Below the pieces are notes generated by a model. The model was not told the DNA's origin. It made no database searches and saw nothing but the letters and a program-made list of their open reading frames with translations. Shown piece after piece: positions 54,801 through 64,000 of a stretch of 64,000 nucleotides of DNA. Each line of letters begins with the position of its first letter. Positions within the stretch are counted from its first letter, which is position 1. This stretch comes from Octopus vulgaris (Eukaryota). The position numbers were made by a program, and so were the translations under genes. Location: contig OX597823.1 in NCBI GenBank assembly GCA_951406725.2, positions 74,834,001 through 74,898,000 on the forward strand, in the 5' to 3' direction.

Positions 54801-56189
54801 GTTATTGCTGATATATCTATAAGAACTACATTGCTTGATGTGTTCTTTTGGTGTTTTTGGAGATTATAATTCACAACTTGTTGCAAAATTCAATGCGATA
54901 TCTGGAGTCCAAAGAACTCGGGCACTATGCCGATAGAGAAAATTCTCATCAGGTAACGCCTTATTTTTCAAATCTACTTTAACAACATTCTTAGAATTGA
55001 TTATCGCATTTTTCTGACATATCTATTAGTACAGAATCCGAAAAATTATTCATTTACTCAACTGTGGAATGTTAATTCTTTCATTTAAATATCTGTTGAA
55101 AGCCAGGTTATTCGAACATCTAACTGCATATTTTTGAAAGTGGAAACACAGTGTATCTGTTTCATATTTTATGATTTTCTTGGATATCTTAAAATTATAC
55201 TGTTATATAATAAGTCTACATTTATATAATACGTTTCTATTCAGCCATTCATTTCGTACTGTATAGTCCAAAATGAAATCAATATACATATCTCATGTCT
55301 GTCAAATATGATACCGGAACTCTCAGGAAGCTGGTGATTAAGTTAATGGAATTAGTGGCGTCAATAATTCAAACTAATTGAAAACGGAATAGACTTATGA
55401 ATTAAGCTTGGAAGCCATTATTTTACTGCACTAATTACGGTGAATCACATAGAATATCAAACATCTATATCTGCATTGTTGTTTCAGTATAAGGAAGATT
55501 AATATTAGCAGTATTAGAATATAAACTACAATAATCCTTTATAACGATTGAAGTCATTTTTCTAATATCTAATATCGCCCACAAAAAAAGAAAATGATGT
55601 TCCTATGATCATAGATCTAATAATTAAAAAATTACGATAAATTTACATAGAATATCACAAAAAAGGCAATGTTGTATGTACGATGTAAACCGCGTCATTT
55701 ATACAAATGTATTCCAGCAGAGGAATACATTTGTAAAAGAAAAAAGGATAGTGAAATAATTCTCAAATGCAGAATAAATCATATATATACTGCAATGAAA
55801 TATTGTATATAATTTAATACGTACACATAAACCCAATCATATTCAAATATTCACATATAGACATGTACACCGCCACGCAGATACGCAGATACAGTCATGT
55901 GCACGCATAAGGAATCTTCTGTGTGTGTGTGTATAAGTAAGATTCAATTGAGGCACCTAGTTGTGTCGGAATAATATACGTACAAAATAATATTATGTAA
56001 ATATCAAACTGGGCACATAAATATCACCCGAATGATATTCATATAGGGTATTTAGACAATTACACCAAGTTGAGTAAAAGATTCGTTCTTGAGCTATTGA
56101 GTCATGTACATTATATTGAATATATTTACGAACGGCAGATCCCGAGACACGCGAATGAAATATAAATAAGTATCAGTAGAGGTACAAGT

Positions 56190-56850
56190 GTTAATCCATT
56201 ACCACCGTTTATAACAACTCCTTTAGTTTATTAATGAAAACACAGCCTTATAAAGAAACCGTTTTCGTTAGATGAATTCATGAACTTTAAATTTAGGGTA
56301 CATTCAAAATGCTTTAACATACTTTATAATCCACTGACCAGTAGATAATAAACAAAAAAGCGTTAAAAGATAAATCAAAGACTGACTGAACCACGCCCTC
56401 CTTTTTTGTTAGAATTAGAGATAACTGTGTCACTGGAGTCAATTATTCCCCCACCTAACAATTTTATTACCCTCAGTCTATTTCTGTTCTGATTGAATAT
56501 ACAGTATTCTGGTAAATCCATTCTGTCAACTGAACTAGCGGCACAGTCACTGAAAATGTTTTGCTCCATGGATTTTAAACTATGTTCAATCATTTTGAAT
56601 ATCCCTAATTTTGACGTTCATGAATTCATCTCACGAAAACATATTATATAAAACATTTATATAAAATTTATATAAAACATTTATATAAAAATTTTTATGT
56701 ATTGGATTAAGTCTTTCTTTGTTTGATTTGCATAATAGTGGTTTTGTCTCTAATTAATATTATATTATATTTTACTATAAAATTGGATTCAATCCTAAAT
56801 CTGATTTTTCCCTGTAAATTTGGATTTATTCCTAATATTTATTATTATTT
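56190..56850 (+). mobile_element. Penelope pseudo-LTR-derived fragment with a 50-bp inverted repeat, ending at (TA)n
   Basis: 56696-56760 matches the reverse complement of 48511-48580. Inverted arms at 56261-56311 and 56591-56640. Confidence 0.55.
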
Positions 56851-56916
<66 letters not shown>

Positions 56917-57825
56917 AAATGTGCTCCGCCTGGTGAAAGATAAATATTATTCAATAGGCAAAATATATAATTTTATGTGCTACTAATTATTTCCTGTTGA
57001 GAAATACCTAATCCGTAAGCATCAGGCACGAAGTGCACATACACACACACACACACATACACACACACGTGCAAACACGTACACACTCATTTATATGTTC
57101 ATGTGTGCGTGCTATTCTGCATGAAATAAACATCCCCGTGTCTGAATATTTTCAACCAACGTGAATAAATATACTTTGTAAAGAATCCTTGCAATTTTTG
57201 ATAAAATTAGTTGCTTCATTGTGGTTATAAGATTATATTCCATAACTTAGCTTTAGATTTTACTGAATTAATATTGAATTTTGCTCCAGTAAAATTTTTT
57301 AGCCTACTTCCTAATATGTAATAATGATAAATTTATTGTTCAGAAAATTATAACATGATTAATTTTAAATCCTTATAGGAAAAGTTAGAATCTGTACCCG
57401 TAAAAGGCGATTTGGATTTATATTATTCAAACTTTGCATGGTTATACTGAATATTTCAAGTATAAACATGTATAAACAAGTTGTGAATATACAGTCTCCA
57501 TGATATGAATGCATAATTATGAAGCGGTTCATTTTCCCAGGTTTTACTATTAAGTAACAATCAAATGGGTTTAATTAGCAGAATCGTTGGACGTACTTAC
57601 TGAAAACCTAAATGAATTCTGCTAAATATTTCATATTGACTCATTCCTCGAAGGCCGATTAGTGCGTAATCTTCAATAGGTTGATAATATCATGGATCTA
57701 TCTTTTTTAAACCTTCGATTCAGATATCACTATAGCTAGAAGGTGACGTCTAAGTTATTATTATCTGGCTGATCAGTATCGTGTTACTAGATGCATAGTG
57801 AGCGGGACCATATTCGGTGTGTACT

Positions 57826-57852
57826 CACACACACACAAACACACACACACAC

Positions 57853-57942
<90 letters not shown>

Positions 57943-57945
57943 ATT
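57826..57945. repeat. long (CA)n(TA)n microsatellite
   Basis: Directly visible. Confidence 0.9.
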
Positions 57946-58878
57946 GCATATACGTATATGTATTTATGTATGCAATTATGTATATCTATATATAATTACG
58001 CATATGTGTGTGTGTATAACGGATTTAAATATTTGTGAGATTGGCTTTTTTCGTATCACTGTTTTAAAACCTATGTTAGACTATTTACATCCTTGTAGCA
58101 ACAGAGGTATTCTAAAGAAGAACAATGTAAGTATTACATTGAATGTATGTACTGAGCTCAATATATTTTCCTAAGCATTCCACGCTGGTACTACAGCATC
58201 TATGCAGTGTATGACAGGTGTATTTTAACTCAAGCAATAAAAGAACCCCTACTGTATTATACATGTGTGTACTCATGCCTGTGTGTGTGTTAGTGTATAC
58301 TGAGTGTTTGTGTGTGTTGGTGTATACTGAGCACAATGCACGGCTTTATAATTTTGTGTAGCTCAGAATTTCATTTCCTTGCAGACGGACTCATTTCAAA
58401 CTTGTTAATGGTCAGAATACTACTGAGCTACCTTCACAATTTTGTTCTCTCCTCTACTTAGTGACGTTAGTCGACTTCAATTTGTCATTTTTTTCTTCTA
58501 CTGGTGTTTATGGTTTTTTGACTTGATAATTTTGCGATATTACTGAGAAATATAAGTGAAAATTATTAAATACAATCATCTATTTTCTTGTCAGTGTAGC
58601 ACCTGCAGCATTCTATAATATTAAATTGAGGTTATTTCCTTCCCAAAGTAACAATACATCAATATCTATATTTAATTACATCTTTAATACATTTCATCTA
58701 CCAATTATAATGCTGCATTATGTCTACCCACTACTGTAATATGTGTGTACATAAAAAGCAATCATTATGTCTATGTACTATAGCTTTGAGTAATGTCCAA
58801 ACAACATATTTCTGACTTCAGTTATGTGTTTTAGTCGTTTTTGGCAATCAACCATTTAAATATACAAATGAAACGTAT

Positions 58879-58915
58879 AGGCGCAGGCGTGCCTGTGTGC
58901 TAAGAAGCTTGCTTC
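58879..58915 (+). mobile_element. interrupted SINE head (8985 family)
   Basis: AGGCGCAGGCGTGCCTGTGTGCTAAGAAGCTTGCTTC aligns with 8985-9020, then similarity stops abruptly. Confidence 0.75.
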
Positions 58916-60913
58916 TTCGCGCATGCGTTGGTCAGTGTTTTCTTTTGCACTGCTAGTAGCCACGACACCAACGTCGTGAATTATTGAACGAGTGAAGCAC
59001 AACTACAAGGTAAGACATTTGTTTTTATGGGATTCAGTGCGGGTTTGTTGCTCGTGTTTATTTATTTTGTCGAACAAGAAATCTCCACTGAGTTCCTGGC
59101 ACATTGTCTGCCTGTAGTTGTGTTTAAAGCCTCACTTAGCGGTGAGAAAATATGTTTTGGGGGCGTATCCCTCCTCCTATAATTGTGCATATTTTTTTTA
59201 CCTATTTTTGGTGGAATTGTTTTGTCACTGTTTTGTGCCCTGGATTACCAAGTGAATTACCGAGTTGGCCAGGAGTACCAGTACAGGCAGGAGAATAGTT
59301 TGCTGTGTTTTTGAACTTTTCTTGTCTTCTTCCTTCCTGCATTTTTTAAAACTCTGTGAACTTTTGTTTGCTGTGAACCTTTTCCCCAAACAAACATGGC
59401 AAAAAGATAAACAAACTAAGTTAGAGTGGAAGATTGTCCCACCCAAACAGTGTATGAAAGACTTTGAAGAGAGGACGGTGGTGTTAAGGATTTACCCGAA
59501 GTCGCTCGACATCATCGCTTTCTTTCAAAAGACACAAAATGAAAAAGATTTGGCAAAGCATTTGCCAACTATTAAATTCATCTCTAGTGGGGTCAAGTAT
59601 ACAACGGTGTGGTTGCTATTTGTCACCCCTGAGGAGGCTTGCAAATTTGCAAGCCATCCCTTAGAGGGTAACGGGATTTTGCTTCTACCCACGTATAGTG
59701 GGAAGATGTTAACAAGAGGTTGGATCTGCGGGTTGCCACCCAGGATAGAACCCGAGTGGATAGAAGACACTATCCGCCGGGGTCTGGGTGATAGCAGATC
59801 CAAGTTGCTTAATGTTAAAATTTTGCCGGCGGCTGATTGTGAACGCAATCAGCTAAGAATCTGTTTTTTTCCAGATCTTTTGAAAATGGCCGGTTGCAGA
59901 TACCTGGTGATACTTGAGGAAGCCCCTCCCCCCAAGCATCACTTGTGTCTGGAACCGGGCCATATTAAAAAGAATTGTCCCCAGGACCAGAGTAGGGTAC
60001 TGGAACAGTTGGTTGTCGAAGAGCCCCCTCGTCCTCCAGGGGGATAGTTGGAGGTAATCGAGGACGTAGAAAGTTCCCCGAAAATAAAAGGAAAAAAGGA
60101 AGAATGTAGACAACAATGGTTGCTCACCGAAGGATCCTAAACCTGCGGGAGGGGGGGTGATCCTCCGGTTAAATCAGAGGAACCATCCCTTCCCGTATCA
60201 AAGACAGATAAAAGAAGAAAAAGAATGGGACAGTGCCGGCGGTTGGTAGTACACTGCCGGCTTGTCCCGAAACCTCGTCGGTGGGGTTTGTGCCACCGAC
60301 GCAGGAAACTGTAGCCCCTCCCAGTATAATAAATGAAGAATTTACGATCTTCTTTCTCAAGGGAGGGGCCGTAGAGAACTTTGTAGTGAGGAATCTAAAA
60401 GATCGGGAAAAGGAGGTTCTGAACTGCATTGAAAGTCCGTATTGGCCTCCGCAGGTGGCTGCGGAGGTCATGACAGAAAATTATTTCTACTGGATGATGT
60501 TTTCCTTTACCAAAGATGAATACAATTATCGCTTATGGGCCCCAGCTTGCAATTGCAGGCTTGCCTGCAGGCGGCAAGAGATTTAATCGGGGAGGTAGAA
60601 GAGGTCTTAGTACCTCGATTCCAACTTGGTGATTTTGGCAAGAGGCTTAGCGCGTCAACTTGAACGTATTTGCTCAACATTTATTTTTTGATTGGTAAGA
60701 GGCTCAGTGCCTCAATTTGTAGCTGTTGTAAGTGGTTCAACACCTCATTTGAGTTTTAAAAAAGAACAATATTATCGGGCAGTAACAATCGGTGGGCGTT
60801 GGTTGTTTCCCCCACAAACCATAACTTTTTTCATTCCATCGTCATCATTGTATCTGTGTCCGTCCCGCAAGTTTTCATCTGTATTATGCTTTTATGGCAA
60901 ATGTAATGAAATA
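58916..60913 (+). mobile_element. ORF1-only (HAL1-like, L1/Tx1-type gag) retroelement, unit 1
   Basis: T-rich 5' UTR, gag-like ORF and T-rich 3' UTR ending in AATAAA. Bounded by AAGAAGCTTGCTTC on both sides. No RT or endonuclease motifs seen. Confidence 0.65.
59265..60047 (+). pseudogene. Tx1/L1-type ORF1-like nucleic-acid-binding protein (RRM-like region plus CCHC knuckle), mildly decayed
   Basis: ERTVVLRIY...IKFISSGVKYTTVWLLF...LLLPTYSGK..TRGWICGLPPRIEPEWI...LVILEEAPPPKHHLCLEPGHIKKNCP. Coding-like sequence continues in broken frames to ~60590. Confidence 0.65.
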
Positions 60914-60927
60914 AAGAAGCTTGCTTC

Positions 60928-62672
60928 CGGTTACCCATGTTTCATTTGCTTTGTTGATTTTGTACGAGATAGACGTGTTTTTTTCGGCTGTGCGATATTT
61001 TTACACCTGTGAGATGGAGGGGTGTCGAGTGGGGAGCTGCGAAAGTTTAATTTGTTCTGTGTCAAACGTTGAATGCTGCCCTTCGTCGGAGTAAGAATTG
61101 GTAGAGTGCCTTAATAAAATAGACAAGGCTATGGAAGAAAGAACTTATGCTGCAGCGACGGAAGAAAAGTGTGAAGGCATAAGGGTGGAGGATGTAAGCA
61201 AGTTTAAGGGAATGTTTGAAAGGGGGGTGGACGAAGTGAAGGTGTCCGCACCTTCACTATTTTTGAAGGAAGTAGCGGAAATAACGGTAATTTATAGAAC
61301 GTACTCAGTGGCAGCCAGAAAAAAACTGAGAATATGTCAACGGCACAAATAGATAGAAAAGGCGTTGAGATCAGTCTAGCAAGGGATTTGGTATCTTGTT
61401 AAAGGAAAGAAATTTGGAACGGTAGAGATGCGGTTTGGAAACGTAGCCACCACTAGGCTGCACTCAGCAACACAGCTGAAAACGAATGAGGTAGTTTTTC
61501 TACCAGTATGCCTTGTGAGACGTGCTTTGAGGGTTAGGGTGGAGGAAAAACCACCGGAGGTAGATGTATCCTGGCTGGTGGCTGCTATATTTCTAGGAAT
61601 GGAGTAGAAGGTGGTAGTCCTACAGGCCACCAGAACACCTCCTAGGAACTGGCGAGGACAAACCCGTGATATGGTGGTGCAAATGACGGAGGTGGATATC
61701 GAATAATGGTCGAGAGCATCGCAGTGGGAGAGACGATATTAAAGGTCAGAGTGGAAAGTAGGATTCTGCATGCTATAAATGTGCCCTGAACGGACACGTT
61801 AGAGTGGAGTGTCCTCCACCACTGGAAAACGATAAGGAGAGACGCAATGACCAAGTGGTTGCTGCTCCTATGGCCGTGGAGGAAGAAGAAAGAGATGTGG
61901 CATCACAGTGGAAGGCGGGTACTAGCTTTGAGTAGGGGGAATCGAATACCAGCTGGGAAATCGTGGAGAAGAAGACCAGGAAGTGAGGAAGAGGACACAC
62001 GTGGTAACGGATGACCCCCAACCCACTCACAACAGACCAACACACAGTCGGCTCGAACCGCTCCCTACAGAAATCAGTCCCCATCCACGCCCCGCCTGAC
62101 ACGAAGACAAGCATAAACACACAGGAGCCCCAAAATCCCGCATCCTCGCACTGGGAAAGAAATACTTTGTATTATACAACAGACATAACAAAGAACTATA
62201 TAAAGAAATAGAAACATGGGATTCTGCAACTAAAGTGGACACAACAGAGTAAGGGAGTTGACGGAGAACATGCGATGTGCGGTGGTGGAACCGGAGTAAC
62301 TGGCAAGATTGAAGAAGTATGAGAAATACTTTAAGTGGTGGAGAAAGAGGATAAACCCAAGTACTATGCCAGAGCGGGTGAGTTATTTTGGCATTCTTGT
62401 AAAATATAAAATTGATATATTGAGTAAAAGATAATTAGTTGCTACAAATCGTAATGAAAAAGGTGTTATAAACTGTTTTAAATATGTTGTTGCAAATGGC
62501 AATAAAAACGGTGTTGTAACAGATTCAATGAAGTCTTTCTGAGTTGGAGACGAGCAATTTCATTTCATCTTTAATTATATAATTTCATTCATTCCATTCG
62601 TTTATTTGTTTTTTGTCCCCACCTTATGCTGTCCCCTCTGCGTAAGGCGTTTATGGCCAAGTTCATAAAATA
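60928..62672 (+). mobile_element. ORF1-only retroelement, unit 2 (divergent paralog of unit 1)
   Basis: ATG at 61131: MEERTYAAA...EITVIYRTY...IWYLVKGKKFGTVEMRF...VFLPVCLVRR..RVRVEEKPPEVDVSWL. Perfect CYKCALNGHVRVEC knuckle at 61771-61812. Ends TTTATGGCC...AATAAA before the motif at 62673. Confidence 0.7.
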
Positions 62673-62686
62673 AAGAAGCTTCCTTC

Positions 62687-63590
62687 CGGTTGTCTGCGCT
62701 GTGTGAGTTGTCATTTTCATTGTTGAAACTCTGTTATTTATTGTAAACTTGTTGAAAATCATTATTGCGAACTTTTGCCTGTTTGCAGGCTGTGTTGGAC
62801 TATTTTATTTCTCGGTGTTTAAGGGAATAGTGAAATTTCTGTAGCCATTTGGCAATTGTTTATTCGATTGGATTCTCCAACGGAGTGCATTTTTAAAATA
62901 TAGCATTTGTAGGCATGTTGAACTGCGCCCCATTCCCGTTTGGGGATGGGGTTTGAACTGTTGTTCCTATTGCGAGGAATTTATTTTTTGTGCTATGGAA
63001 AATAAAAGGAAACCTGCAATTTTCTTTTGAAAAGTAAAACTTAATTCAGCCGTTTTAGACTTTCTATTTGGGTTGCGCTCACCCCACTGACAGGGGTGGG
63101 ATTTGAACTGTTCTTCCTCTTGAGAGGAAGTAATGTTTTTGAACAGAAAAAAGGAACGGAGTCCTATAATTATTCCTTTGAAAAAAATGAACTGTTTTTC
63201 AACCGTCTTGGGCTCATTGAGCTACGCCTCTTCCTCTGTCAGGGGTGAGTTTGAACTTATTGATTGCCAAAAAAAAAAAACTCTTGGAATTGTGTTTTTT
63301 TCTTCTTTGTTCGTGTTCATCCCGACCGAAATGCCGGTTGAGATAATAAGAGAAAAATGCTCTCCTACAGAGTATAAGGCTTTGGAGGCTAACGAGCCAC
63401 CAAAAGAAGTCACCGAAAGCTTTGCGGCAGTCGCCACCGTACAGATGGAGAATCTGGAATTCTCATTATGGTAACTTCACGAAATGAAAGGATTACAGAG
63501 GAGAACTGTGAATTAAAAATATCACCTCCCACCAACACAAATGGAAAGATAATAAAAAGACAATTATATTTGAAACGTTCTGTCCATGTA
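62687..63590 (+). mobile_element. 5' part of a third unit (5' UTR and ORF start), 3'-truncated
   Basis: Starts CGGTT like unit 2, right after AAGAAGCTTCCTTC. T-rich UTR with a repeated GGGG..GG.TTTGAACTGTT motif; ORF MPVEII...ESFAAVA. Confidence 0.45.
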
Positions 63591-63794
63591 TGTATTTATG
63601 TATGTGTGTGTGTGCTATCACGCACTGTGATGTACACACTTACGTACGCATGCATAAACCCACCCACACAAAGACGCACTAACACACACGGAGAGCAAAC
63701 GAAAACACCATTCAGAAACATATTTGATGAATCTCAATTAATGAGACGAAAGCGCTAATAAATATTTATCCAGAATTCTCTATACCATTTTTCC

Positions 63795-63835
<41 letters not shown>

Positions 63836-64000
63836 TGTGCACGTGTGTATGCGTGCGCGTATATGCGTACGCGTGTGTGCGTGTGTCTGTTTTACAAAAC
63901 TAAACGTCCAACATAATCAAAAGTCCGTTAGAACTAAATCGTATAGCTCAAAATAGTAATTACTTTAGTGAAAACGTTTTCATGCACAAGATAAAGAACA

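Overview
AT-rich (roughly one-third GC by eye) animal genomic DNA packed with (TA)n/(CA)n microsatellites and transposon relics. The SINE families point to an octopus or other coleoid cephalopod (inference). No host protein-coding exon could be supported, and most ORF-track entries are microsatellite artefacts. Two structures stand out. (1) A young Penelope-like retroelement (Naiad-type RT C-terminus plus GIY-YIG endonuclease) at ~9.64-12.89 kb. It lies inside (TA)n and has ~735-bp inverted pseudo-LTR arms, each with an intact type-I hammerhead ribozyme. Older Penelope relics and hammerhead remnants also sit at (TA)n tracts. (2) At 58.9-63.6 kb, a head-to-tail train of divergent ORF1-only (CCHC gag-like, no RT) retroelements. 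Each unit is preceded by the same 14-bp motif, AAGAAGCTT(G/C)CTTC, which comes from the tRNA-derived head of a SINE. This suggests site-specific, SINE-targeting non-autonomous elements. The rest comprises tRNA-SINEs, mariner, piggyBac, RTE, R4-like and Helitron fragments, plus a ~600-bp palindrome.
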